IMG/VR virus record: IMGVR_UViG_3300046787_000099
Span: 32,001 to 96,000 of that record
Direction: 5' to 3' (one strand)
From: a virus
DNA: 64,000 nt
Every line of letters starts with the position of its first letter. Positions within the stretch are counted from its first letter, which is position 1. The position numbers and the translations under genes are program-made. The notes beneath the pieces are model-generated. The model was not told the origin of the DNA. It searched no databases and was given only the letters and a program-made list of their open reading frames with translations. Below, one piece after another: positions 55,226 to 64,000 of this stretch.

Positions 55226-56283
55226 GTTTTCAAGATTTGAGTAAAGCAGTCCAGGATGGACTAGATGGTAGAAACAATGGAATCCCCATGGGATTTGATA
55301 GACTGAACAGATACATTGGTATCCGTAAGTCTATGTACACATTGGTGGGTGGCTTAACTGGTTCAGGTAAGACTTCATTCATTGATGATGCATACGTGCT
55401 TAATCCATTTGATTGGTATATCAACGGAGATACTAATGGTATCAAGTTGAAGATCATATATCGATCAATGGAGAGGAGTAGAACGTATAAACTAGCAAAG
55501 TGGGTAAGTAGAAAGATATTCCTAGACAGTGGATATCTTATACCTGTATCTAGATTGCTAGGATGGACTGAGAAGATGACCAAAGATGAGCATGATTTGT
55601 TTCTAATGCAGGAAGAGTATGTAGGCATGATGAAAGAAACTATTACAATCATTGATGGTGCTGTAAATCCAGTGGGTGTTGCAAAAGACCTAAAGACTCA
55701 TGCATTAGCTAATGGTGAGATTGTAGAGATTGATGAGTTTACTAAAAAGTATATACCAAACAATGATAATGAGATAACTATTGTAGTTATCGATCACATT
55801 GGTTTATTGAAGCTCACAAAGGATCAACCTACCAAGAAGCAAGCAATTGATAAGATGAGTGATGAACTAAGATATGCCAGAGATTTCTATGGCTATTCAC
55901 CAGTTGTTGTGAGTCAGTTCAATCGTGACATCTCTAATCCTTCTCGTTTGAAGAATGGTGACGTAGAGCCACAGTTAGAGGATTTTGCAGACAGTTCAAG
56001 CACACAGAACGATGCTGATGTTGTATTAGCACTATTTGATCCTATGAGATATAAGGTTGAAGATCCTAGTGGTTATCAACTAGAGAAGCTCAAGGATGAT
56101 TATGGTGCAAAGTATTTCAGAAGCTTAAGATTAATCAAGAATAGCTTTGGAGAAGATGATGTTAGAATTGGTCTAGGCTTCTTAGGTCAGATAGGTATGT
56201 TCAAGGAACTACCAAGACTTAAGAACATGGATGATAGCATCTATCAATCTATTGTTAACAAAACATTCTTCTTAGAACAATGA
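55222..56283 (+). CDS. dnaB: DnaB-like (SF4) replicative helicase
   Basis: GGLTGSGKT, SME, VVIDHIG, VSQFNR, DFADSSSTQNDADVV. Confidence 0.85.
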   Translation: MSFQDLSKAVQDGLDGRNNGIPMGFDRLNRYIGIRKSMYTLVGGLTGSGKTSFIDDAYVLNPFDWYINGDTNGIKLKIIYRSMERSRTYKLAKWVSRKIFLDSGYLIPVSRLLGWTEKMTKDEHDLFLMQEEYVGMMKETITIIDGAVNPVGVAKDLKTHALANGEIVEIDEFTKKYIPNNDNEITIVVIDHIGLLKLTKDQPTKKQAIDKMSDELRYARDFYGYSPVVVSQFNRDISNPSRLKNGDVEPQLEDFADSSSTQNDADVVLALFDPMRYKVEDPSGYQLEKLKDDYGAKYFRSLRLIKNSFGEDDVRIGLGFLGQIGMFKELPRLKNMDDSIYQSIVNKTFFLEQ

Positions 56284-56519
56284 AAAAACTAAGTGAAGCT
56301 AATAAGTTCGTATCAAGATTCTTTTACTCTCTACCACACAATGGTTATCAGACAGAAGGTTTGTTATCTATTGACAGAAGATGGCAAGATGCTAAGATTG
56401 TAGCAGACATAGCAATCGATGTGTTACAAGACAAAGCATCTATATGGTGTGATGAAGAAATAGCAACAATAGAAATCATCAGACTAGAACAATTAAGAAA
56501 ACAGATAAAGGAACTATGA
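56280..56519 (+). CDS. Small accessory protein related to 54768..55016
   Basis: AKIVADIAIDVL...LRKQIKEL. Confidence 0.6.
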   Translation: MKKLSEANKFVSRFFYSLPHNGYQTEGLLSIDRRWQDAKIVADIAIDVLQDKASIWCDEEIATIEIIRLEQLRKQIKEL

Positions 56520-57613
56520 GTTTAAGAGACCAAAGACAGAAAGAGTTTGCTGATATATGGCTAAACAATGGTCGTGATGGAATCCTGAACTTATGTCCCA
56601 GGTTTGGAAAGATCTACACTACTATCAACATCTTAGAGAAATTAAAGAAGGATATCAAAGTATTGATAGCCTATCCAGATGCTAAGATTAAAGACAGTTG
56701 GGAGGAAGATTTTGAAACAAGAGGATATAAGAATCCTAACATAACTTACACAACACATCTGTCCTTACACAAGCACACAGAAGCTCGATATGACATGTTA
56801 ATCATTGATGAGATACATTTGCTTAGTGATGCACAAATGGACGCATGTAAGGAAGTTATGAGGCATACTAAAGAAGTGCTAGGATTAACAGGTACGCTGT
56901 CCTCTTGGACAGAATCAGAGCTAGATCAAAGGTTACACTTACCGGTGATTGCACATTATCCTATTGAGCAAGCTATTGAAGAAGGAGTTATTGTAGACTA
57001 CCAGATCACAGTGCTTAAAGTTCCTTTGGATAACAAGGTGATTATACCAATCAAAGGTAAAGCTAGAACTGAGAAGAAGCACTATGATGCTACTAGTTGG
57101 GTAATTGAGAAGCTTGACAAGGAAGGTAAGAACACAATGATGCTAAGACTGAAGAGAATGAGACTTATTCAGAACAGTATAGCAAAGCTTGCTCTTACCA
57201 AGCAGTTGTTACAGAAGTATAAGGATGAACGTATCCTTGTGTTCTGTGGTACAACAGAGATGGCTGATAGCCTAGGCATACACTCACATCACAGTAAGTC
57301 ACTTGATAAAGACATATTCAAGAGGTTTGCAGAGGGTGAGGGTAAACACATGGCTGTGGTGAAGATTGGAAATACTGGTGTAACATACAAACCATTGAAC
57401 AAGGTGGTACTGAATTACTTTGATAGTAATGCAGAGAACCTAGCTCAGAAGGTGAACAGATGTATGGCTATGGAGTACAACAATCCTGATAAGAAAGCTG
57501 ACATTTATATCATTTCAACGGATGAACCTGTAGAGGAAAAATGGCTCAATAAAGCACTAGAGTTCTTTGATAAAGAGAAGATTAGGGTTGTAAATGTTGC
57601 CAGAAATTCGTAA
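56516..57613 (+). CDS. Superfamily 2 helicase
   Basis: LRDQRQ, CPRFGKI, IIDEIH, LGLTGT, QKVNR. Confidence 0.8.
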   Translation: MSLRDQRQKEFADIWLNNGRDGILNLCPRFGKIYTTINILEKLKKDIKVLIAYPDAKIKDSWEEDFETRGYKNPNITYTTHLSLHKHTEARYDMLIIDEIHLLSDAQMDACKEVMRHTKEVLGLTGTLSSWTESELDQRLHLPVIAHYPIEQAIEEGVIVDYQITVLKVPLDNKVIIPIKGKARTEKKHYDATSWVIEKLDKEGKNTMMLRLKRMRLIQNSIAKLALTKQLLQKYKDERILVFCGTTEMADSLGIHSHHSKSLDKDIFKRFAEGEGKHMAVVKIGNTGVTYKPLNKVVLNYFDSNAENLAQKVNRCMAMEYNNPDKKADIYIISTDEPVEEKWLNKALEFFDKEKIRVVNVARNS

Positions 57614-57618
57614 CTTTA
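57587..57618 (+). promoter_or_regulatory. Bacteroidetes-type promoter
   Basis: GTTG (57587-57590), N20, TAACTTTA (57611-57618). Confidence 0.5.
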
Positions 57619-57646
57619 AGTAAATAAATAACTAAATAATATAAAC

Positions 57647-58318
57647 ATGGCAAGCAAATTAATCGGGATTGTGGGCTCAACTGGTACAGGTAAATCTACC
57701 TCTATCAAGCACCTAGATCCAAAGGAAACCTACATCATTAACGTAGCAAAGAAAGAGTTACCATTCAAAGGAGCAGACAAATTGTACAATGCTGAGAACA
57801 AGAACTACAAGGAGATTGATGATGCAAATGAGATCACTCGTTTGTTAAAGACTATCTCTGAGAAAGCTCCTCACATTAAGAACATTGTGATTGAGGATTC
57901 AAACTACATCATGGGCTTTAACATTGTAGCTAAAGCAACTGAGGTTGGCTTCACTAAGTTTTCTATCATGGCAAGAGACATGGTTGAATTATTCAGAGAA
58001 GCTCGTAAATTGCGTGACGATTTGAAGGTGTTCTACTTTACACACCCAGAGACTATTGAAGAATCAGGTGAGGTGGTAGGATACAAGATCAAGACAGCAG
58101 GTAAATTGATCGATAATCAAATTGTATTAGAGGGTTTATTGACTATCTGTCTCTACACTTATGTGGATGAGAACAAAGATGGTACATCTACCTATAACTT
58201 CGTAACCAATAGGTTTAAGAAGTACCCTGCTAAGAGTCCTGATGGTATGTTTGCAGACATCAAGATTCCTAACAACTTACAAGAAGTAGCAAACAAAATA
58301 GACGAGTATTATAACTAA
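57647..58318 (+). CDS. AAA-family ATPase (Sak4/AAA_24-like)
   Basis: GSTGTGKS, IVIED, KTAGKL, PAKSPDGMF. Confidence 0.8.
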   Translation: MASKLIGIVGSTGTGKSTSIKHLDPKETYIINVAKKELPFKGADKLYNAENKNYKEIDDANEITRLLKTISEKAPHIKNIVIEDSNYIMGFNIVAKATEVGFTKFSIMARDMVELFREARKLRDDLKVFYFTHPETIEESGEVVGYKIKTAGKLIDNQIVLEGLLTICLYTYVDENKDGTSTYNFVTNRFKKYPAKSPDGMFADIKIPNNLQEVANKIDEYYN

Positions 58319-58347
58319 TTTTTAACAACAAATAAAACAGAGAAATC

Positions 58348-59217
58348 ATGGCAGTAGGAGGAAACGTAAGAGAAAATCAAGGTACAACAACCGAGTTCAA
58401 GAAAAAGGTAGGTTACTTTGAAGCAGAGGTGGTTGCAATCAACCCAACATTAGAAGAGTATAAAGATCTTCTTGGTATTGAATTGAAGGAGGACAGCAAA
58501 GCAACTGAGTATTTATCAGTGAGCAGTGATGGTACATCTAAGGTACGTGTAGACGTATGGTTACAAGATGTAAAGGGAGGAGATAAGTTCAAGGTGGTAT
58601 TCTTCTTGGAAGATGCTAAGAAGCAAAACAAAGACAAGACTAAGAAGCAGTATATCAACAACATTGGTATCACTTCTTGGGCAGCTGATGAAGAGAACTT
58701 ACCAACATGGTTTGTTAAACGTGACTATCGTGTAGCATACACAGGTGAGGCAGAGTTAATGGAGTTCTTCCGTAACTGGTTATCAGGTATTGATTTCATG
58801 GCTGACAGTGCTGAGCTTATGTTAGAGTGGAGGAAAGCTATTGCTGGAAACTTCAAGGAGTGGAAAGATGAGATTGGTGGTAAATACACTAGAACAGTGG
58901 GTGTACTAGCAACAGTTAAGACTGTAGAAAAAGAAGATGGACCTGTGTCTTATCAATCTATCTACAGCAAAGCATTCTTCCCAGGCTATGCCATCAAGCA
59001 GATGCGTCAAGTTGATTTCAATAACCAAGATGTTATTCGTCAATTGAAGTTCAAGCCTAGCAAAGAACTTAAGCCTTACGAACGTTTTGTTCTTAATGTA
59101 GTAGGTGAGTATGGATGTAAGGAGTATTATACATTCAAAGACTTACATGAATATGATCCAGCTACTAACCTAGTTGAATCAGATGCTTTCATCTCAGATG
59201 ATGGAGGAGACTTTTAG
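58348..59217 (+). CDS. Probable single-stranded DNA-binding protein
   Basis: Follows the Sak4-like ATPase; acidic tail ending DDGGDF. Confidence 0.5.
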   Translation: MAVGGNVRENQGTTTEFKKKVGYFEAEVVAINPTLEEYKDLLGIELKEDSKATEYLSVSSDGTSKVRVDVWLQDVKGGDKFKVVFFLEDAKKQNKDKTKKQYINNIGITSWAADEENLPTWFVKRDYRVAYTGEAELMEFFRNWLSGIDFMADSAELMLEWRKAIAGNFKEWKDEIGGKYTRTVGVLATVKTVEKEDGPVSYQSIYSKAFFPGYAIKQMRQVDFNNQDVIRQLKFKPSKELKPYERFVLNVVGEYGCKEYYTFKDLHEYDPATNLVESDAFISDDGGDF

Positions 59218-59244
59218 TATTTCGTATTTCATTTTAATATCAGC

Positions 59245-59279
59245 AGAGCCCATCCTATCTTAGTTTGGGCTCTCTTTTT
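59245..59279 (+). terminator. Intrinsic terminator
   Basis: AGAGCCCA...TGGGCTCT then CTTTTT. Confidence 0.7.
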
Positions 59280-59296
59280 CTTAAACCAACAACAAT

Positions 59297-60310
59297 ATGC
59301 CAATTAACGGAAGAATGAAGCTTATGCCTATCAATGCAGACAGCATATTGCAAAAGGTTAGTGAGTATGACATATTCAGGTATTACATGCCAAACAGTGA
59401 TTGGAAGCCCAACCTTGTTACTTTCTCTCCATTTAGGAATGAGAAGACACCATCATTTATGATTGGTAACAAACATGGTAGACTAACATTCATTGATTTT
59501 GGTGATACTAGTAAGAGAGGATCATGTTTTGACTTTGTTAGAATGATGTTCAACATCCCAGATTATCAGGATGCACTGAAGATGATTGACAGAGATTTTG
59601 GACTAGGACTCACTAGAGAAACTAATACCCAAGACTATAAGAAGATTGTCACTGAGTATAAACAACCAGTGAGAATGTCTAAAACTTACTCTAAAATCCA
59701 AGTTATTACTAAAAAGTTTACCAAGGAAGAATTAGCTTATTGGGCTCAGTATCAGATAGATATAGAGGACCTAAAGGCTAACAATGTCTACAGTTTGTCT
59801 AAAGTATATCTAAATAAGGAATTATTTCCTTCAAGTTTAGACGAACTTAGATTTGGTTATCTCTATGGTGATAAGTGGAAGATCTATCGACCTTATGCTA
59901 AGGATAAGCGTAGCAAATGGGTACCAAACAATGTACCTATAACAGCAATGGATGGTAAAGAAAACATCAAAGAGTGTGATGTAGCATTTATCAACAAGTC
60001 AAAGAAGGATTACATGGTGATGAAGAAACTATTCCCGTGCAGTTGTGCTGTACAGAATGAGGGCTTAGGTTGTTTCTCTCCTGAGAATGTTGAATATATC
60101 AAGAGCAACTCTGCTAGTCAGATTCTCAGTTTCGATAGTGACATCACAGGTGTAGAGAACTCACAACAAATCACACAGTTATTCGGATTTGATTACTGTA
60201 ATGTTCCCAGGAAGTATTTATCTGAGGGCATTAAAGATTGGGCAGACCTTGCTAGAGTGCATGGTTTGAAAGCAATTGAAGAGTATTTATTAGAAAAACA
60301 ATTAATATAA
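59297..60310 (+). CDS. dnaG: DnaG-like primase (crAss type)
   Basis: SPFRNEKTPSF...FIDFG degenerate Zn domain; TOPRIM KSKKD...FDSDITG; KDWAD. Confidence 0.8.
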   Translation: MPINGRMKLMPINADSILQKVSEYDIFRYYMPNSDWKPNLVTFSPFRNEKTPSFMIGNKHGRLTFIDFGDTSKRGSCFDFVRMMFNIPDYQDALKMIDRDFGLGLTRETNTQDYKKIVTEYKQPVRMSKTYSKIQVITKKFTKEELAYWAQYQIDIEDLKANNVYSLSKVYLNKELFPSSLDELRFGYLYGDKWKIYRPYAKDKRSKWVPNNVPITAMDGKENIKECDVAFINKSKKDYMVMKKLFPCSCAVQNEGLGCFSPENVEYIKSNSASQILSFDSDITGVENSQQITQLFGFDYCNVPRKYLSEGIKDWADLARVHGLKAIEEYLLEKQLI

Positions 60311-60322
60311 ACAATCAAAATT

Positions 60323-60685
60323 ATGGGACGTTATTATTCAGGAGACATCGAAGGCAAGTTCTGGTTCGGTGTGCAAAGCTCATTAGTAGCAAGTGAAAGA
60401 TTTGGATGCACTGAAAGTGATCCAAGCTATGTAGATTATTATGTAGAAGAGGATCGATTACCTAAAATCAACGAGGAACTAAAGAACATTGAAGACAAGA
60501 TGGGAGACCAATTTGGCAAGTATCAAGAGTTCTTTGGTAGAGTAATGGGTTACAATGATCAAATGATGATAGATGCAGGACTAGATATCAAGTTTCTAGA
60601 GGACTATGCAGATCATGGATTTGGTGTAAAATTAAGAGATTGTATCATCGAGCAAGGTTATTGCTCATTCACAGCAGAATTATGA
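60323..60685 (+). CDS. Hypothetical phage protein
   Basis: MGRYYSGDIEGKFWFGVQSS...CSFTAEL. Confidence 0.75.
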   Translation: MGRYYSGDIEGKFWFGVQSSLVASERFGCTESDPSYVDYYVEEDRLPKINEELKNIEDKMGDQFGKYQEFFGRVMGYNDQMMIDAGLDIKFLEDYADHGFGVKLRDCIIEQGYCSFTAEL

Positions 60686-60942
60686 TAGTTAAGAAACCAG
60701 AAGATTTAGAAAGGTATTGGAACCGCAAAGCACAATTTGTGCTACAAGGTAAAACAATTGAAAAGGTGTTTTACATGAGTGAAACAGAAGCTGATGAATG
60801 GGGATGGGGTAGCAGACCAATTGTTATGGTATTAAGTGATGGTACAGAACTTATTGTATCAGCAGATGATGAAGGTAACGATGGTGGATCATTGTTCTAT
60901 GCAAACAAAGAAGAATTAGATGGAGTTTTACCAACACTATAA
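60682..60942 (+). CDS. Hypothetical phage protein
   Basis: Probable start 60682; SADDEGNDGGSLF motif. Confidence 0.7.
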   Translation: MIVKKPEDLERYWNRKAQFVLQGKTIEKVFYMSETEADEWGWGSRPIVMVLSDGTELIVSADDEGNDGGSLFYANKEELDGVLPTL

Positions 60943-61115
60943 TGGATCCAGAATTAAGAGCAGCAGTATTAGAGGATCTTGTGTATCAGATACAACAAGA
61001 GACTGAGTGGTTATCAACCACAGAAGGAGATGAGATTGAATGCATAGGTATTGAGAACTTAGAAGGTATTATTAGAAACGTTTTTGGAATTACATTAAAC
61101 ATATCACAATCATGA
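60942..61115 (+). CDS. 57-aa acidic protein (not in ORF track)
   Basis: MDPELRAAVLEDLVYQIQQE...; overlaps both neighbours. Confidence 0.6.
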   Translation: MDPELRAAVLEDLVYQIQQETEWLSTTEGDEIECIGIENLEGIIRNVFGITLNISQS

Positions 61116-61972
61116 AAAGACCAGAGTATAACACAACAAGAGAAGGATTATTACGTGCTGATATCCCAGCACAAACACGTACTTACAAGCCTGTATCTCA
61201 CGAGCAGATGATGGATGTCACACTAGAGGGTATACACAGATCAGGATTCAAATTGGATCAAGAGATGTATCTATCATCTAATGACCACCAGATTGCAACA
61301 GGTAGATATACTATCAGCAACGTAGCAGATAGTGAGATGCAGTTACAGATTGGTTGGCAGAATAGCTACAACAAGCAAGTGAGCTTGAAGTTTGCTATTG
61401 GTGTACACATTATGATTTGCTCTAATGGTTGCGTGTCAGGTGACATGGGTACATTCAAACGTAAGCACACAGGTGATGTACAAGAGTATACACCACAATC
61501 TATCATGGAGTATATCAAGACAGCAGGTGATAGCTTCAGACAGATTCAATCTGAACGTGAGGCTATGAAGAACATCGAGCTATCTAAGAGACAGAAAGGT
61601 GAATTGATCGGACGTATGATTGTAGAAGAAGGATTTATCAGCTCTAGTGAGTTGAATATCATTCGTAAGGAAATACAAAAGCCTACACACGATTACAATG
61701 CACAAGACTCTCTATGGGAATTGTATCAGTATACAACATTTGCAATGAAAGAAACACATCCAGCTAATTGGATGACTGATCACATATCAGCACACTCTTT
61801 CTTTGTAGGTGTGAATGGTGAGTTAGTAACAAACTCAGGAGTAGTTGTTCCAGATGATTTGTTCTTTCAACAAGACTTTAGCTCACAGTTACGTCACAAT
61901 GGTGATCAAATGACAGCACATTCGAATCTAACAGGAATTAGAACGTTCAACAATTACGATTTAGTATTATGA
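61112..61972 (+). CDS. DUF932-like protein
   Basis: YKPVSH, NSYNK, ICSNG, RKHTG and SLWELYQ..T motifs. Confidence 0.7.
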   Translation: MKRPEYNTTREGLLRADIPAQTRTYKPVSHEQMMDVTLEGIHRSGFKLDQEMYLSSNDHQIATGRYTISNVADSEMQLQIGWQNSYNKQVSLKFAIGVHIMICSNGCVSGDMGTFKRKHTGDVQEYTPQSIMEYIKTAGDSFRQIQSEREAMKNIELSKRQKGELIGRMIVEEGFISSSELNIIRKEIQKPTHDYNAQDSLWELYQYTTFAMKETHPANWMTDHISAHSFFVGVNGELVTNSGVVVPDDLFFQQDFSSQLRHNGDQMTAHSNLTGIRTFNNYDLVL

Positions 61973-62688
61973 TTTGGGAAAAGTTTGCAGATTTCTTTCA
62001 CGAGAGTTGGCATGAGAAGATGAAACCTTTCATTGAAAGTGAAGAGTGTGACAAGATATATGCATTCTTAAAGTCAGAGAGTAAGAGGGGCAAGAGAATT
62101 GCTCCTCTCTCTCACAATGTCTTTAGATGCTTTAAAGAAACACCACTCAATGAAGTGAAGGTTATTATTGTAGGTATGTGTCCTTATCACACATTCACCT
62201 ATGAAGGAGCTCCTGTAGCTGATGGACTTGTAATGGGCTGTTCTGTAACAGGAAAGCTACAACCAACACTAGAGCAGTTCTATGGAGGTATAGAGAAAGA
62301 GTTGTACAATGGACTATGTATAGCTTGTGAGAAACCAGCAGACGTAAGTTATCTGGCTCACCAAGGTGTATTGATGTTCAACGCAGCCCTTACTACAGAG
62401 ATGAACAAAGCAGGCTCTCATTTAGAACTATGGGAACCATTTGTGAAGTATCTGTTTGAAGAAGTGTTTGCTTATTCAGGCATCCCTTTGATATTCTTAG
62501 GTAAAGAAGCTTACAAGACACGTAAGTATCTAACAGGATTTGATTGGTCTTTCCCAGTCAGCCATCCAGCATCAGCTTCTTACAAGAATACAGAATGGGA
62601 TACAGAAGGAGTGTTCACACAGGTTAATACAATTATCAAACAAAACAATGGATTTGAGATCAATTGGTTAAACAAGACAGAGATATGA
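61969..62688 (+). CDS. ung: Uracil-DNA glycosylase (family 1-like)
   Basis: VKVIIVGMCPYH, QGVLMFNAALT, SHPAS, F.QVN...INW. Confidence 0.85.
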   Translation: MIWEKFADFFHESWHEKMKPFIESEECDKIYAFLKSESKRGKRIAPLSHNVFRCFKETPLNEVKVIIVGMCPYHTFTYEGAPVADGLVMGCSVTGKLQPTLEQFYGGIEKELYNGLCIACEKPADVSYLAHQGVLMFNAALTTEMNKAGSHLELWEPFVKYLFEEVFAYSGIPLIFLGKEAYKTRKYLTGFDWSFPVSHPASASYKNTEWDTEGVFTQVNTIIKQNNGFEINWLNKTEI

Positions 62689-62882
62689 ACGTAACAGTAA
62701 ATATTCTAGAATTAGCTAGTGAACTAGCACAAGCAGACTTAGAATTGCACATGAAGTTTGGTGCAATGTATAAAGATGATGGATCAGTAATGACTTACAC
62801 AGATGAGGCACAAGATGAGTTTAATGAATTGTATGATAAATACTATTCAATTATAGAATCATGCCAAATCACAGACAACTAA
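62685..62882 (+). CDS. Hypothetical protein
   Basis: Probable start MNVTVN (ATGA overlap). Confidence 0.6.
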   Translation: MNVTVNILELASELAQADLELHMKFGAMYKDDGSVMTYTDEAQDEFNELYDKYYSIIESCQITDN

Positions 62883-62886
62883 TATT

Positions 62887-63231
62887 ATGACACATTTTTT
62901 GCATAAGAATACAGCTCTAAGACAAGAGTGTATTCAATCTATTGAAGATTCATTAAAGACAATGGAAAACCAGCAGTGCTGCTTAATTGATCCAGCACTT
63001 GATCCTGAAGAAGATGATATCTATTGGGATTTACCACTAGTAGTACACTTTGGTAAATGGGAGTATGGTGTAGAGTATGCTATTACTAATGTTAGACTAG
63101 AGAACGAAAGCGTGTGGTTTAATGGTCACACTCCTGAAACTGGTGATGAGTACAGTTTTGCTCCAAGTGAGTTAGACATGTGGGCATTGTCTCAAGTAGC
63201 AGATACATTAATAGAACTTAAAAACAAGTAA
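62887..63231 (+). CDS. Hypothetical protein
   Basis: 114-aa acidic ORF. Confidence 0.65.
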   Translation: MTHFLHKNTALRQECIQSIEDSLKTMENQQCCLIDPALDPEEDDIYWDLPLVVHFGKWEYGVEYAITNVRLENESVWFNGHTPETGDEYSFAPSELDMWALSQVADTLIELKNK

Positions 63232-63232
63232 G

Positions 63233-63502
63233 ATGAAAGAATTTGATTATTACATGGAAGAAAAAGCAAGTGTTTGGTATAGAACATTCTTTACCATCAA
63301 AGCTGAAACAGAAGAAGAAGCAAGAGAGAAAGCAAAGAAGTTTGTATTACGTGGAGATCATCATGATTACTCATGGCATGAAATGGACGATACAGTAGAG
63401 CTATTACCTGTACATCAGAACTGTGATCAACCAACAGCAGAGTTACGTGAACAAACTACTGGAGATATAATTTGGGACAATGGAGGCAGCCACAATGAAT
63501 AA
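63233..63502 (+). CDS. Hypothetical protein
   Basis: IKAETEEEAREKA motif. Confidence 0.65.
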   Translation: MKEFDYYMEEKASVWYRTFFTIKAETEEEAREKAKKFVLRGDHHDYSWHEMDDTVELLPVHQNCDQPTAELREQTTGDIIWDNGGSHNE

Positions 63503-63839
63503 ATACCACATCAAATCCTTTCATGATATAGCTGAAGACTCTTACCAATATGGTATGGGTAAGATGGTAAACTATTATGAAATGGAAAGTATCATTGAAG
63601 CAGATGAAGCACTTGATGCTCTTGAGCAATATGGTAAGAAAATATTGTTCTATGATTACGATGGATATGAAATCAATACAGACAATGATGTCCTATCTTA
63701 TGATGTTCTAGTAAATGAGCACTATGAAGAAGCAACAGCTGATGAAATCACATGTTGGAAAGATGGTAGGTTAAAGTTGTATAATGATCATATTACATTC
63801 CAGATTAGCTTAATGCAACCAATTACAAACCTAAAATAA
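63495..63839 (+). CDS. Hypothetical protein
   Basis: Probable start MNKYH; CWKDGRLKLY motif. Confidence 0.6.
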   Translation: MNKYHIKSFHDIAEDSYQYGMGKMVNYYEMESIIEADEALDALEQYGKKILFYDYDGYEINTDNDVLSYDVLVNEHYEEATADEITCWKDGRLKLYNDHITFQISLMQPITNLK

Positions 63840-63856
63840 AGTTGTATATTTACAAC

Positions 63857-64000
63857 ATGGCAACACGCATACAAAAGAAAATACCCGTAAAGAAGTCTAG
63901 AGTAGCAAAGACTCGTAACAATGGAACAATGAGTGAAGCAGCCTTCTGGTCATTTATCAGAAGTGCTCTTCGTCAGAAGTCTAGATGGTGGAAGCCAATA
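63857..64000 (+). CDS. N-terminus of probable HNH-type nuclease (truncated by window)
   Basis: MATRIQKK...RNNGTMSEAAFWSFIRSALRQKSRWWKPI; TATATTTA box at 63845. Confidence 0.5.
   Translation, partial: MATRIQKKIPVKKSRVAKTRNNGTMSEAAFWSFIRSALRQKSRWWKPI

Noticed and set aside
1-64000. Stop-codon reassignment, known in some crAss-like phages
   Set aside because: Core genes are full length in the standard code, and TAG and TGA both end genes at tight junctions (e.g. TAGTG at 44153 and many ATGA overlaps).

Overview
The window is a 64-kb segment of a crAss-like (Crassvirales-type) podophage. Its TTTG-N19-21-TAnnTTT(G/A) promoters point to a Bacteroidetes host. It uses the standard genetic code and has two divergent halves that switch at about 38.85-39.06 kb. 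The minus-strand half (1-38.8 kb) is the virion module: HU/IHF-like proteins, a TerS candidate, TerL, portal, scaffold, major capsid protein, ring and auxiliary capsid proteins, Cys- and Thr-rich small structural proteins, a metallophosphoesterase, an apparently split tail-stabilization (muzzle) gene, and ejected cargo proteins. One cargo gene is a >2,200-codon ORF that runs off the window and is missing from the ORF track. The plus-strand half (39-64 kb) holds many small early genes and then the replication module: GIY-YIG endonuclease, PolB, initiator-like protein, DnaB-like and SF2 helicases, AAA ATPase, SSB-like protein, primase and UDG. The most notable observations are: (1) six small genes joined by a conserved CAACAAGACAA(A)TG stop/start junction, resembling a cassette array; (2) a structured-RNA cluster at 40.2-41.0 kb with a twister-ribozyme candidate, a repeated covarying pseudoknot and a hammerhead-like element; (3) a 320-bp palindrome array next to an unannotated antisense peptide gene; (4) recurrent xxxGG motifs delimiting modules in cargo proteins; (5) mucin-like Thr tracts in four virion proteins. 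All functional assignments come from motif recognition and synteny by eye; no database searches were run.
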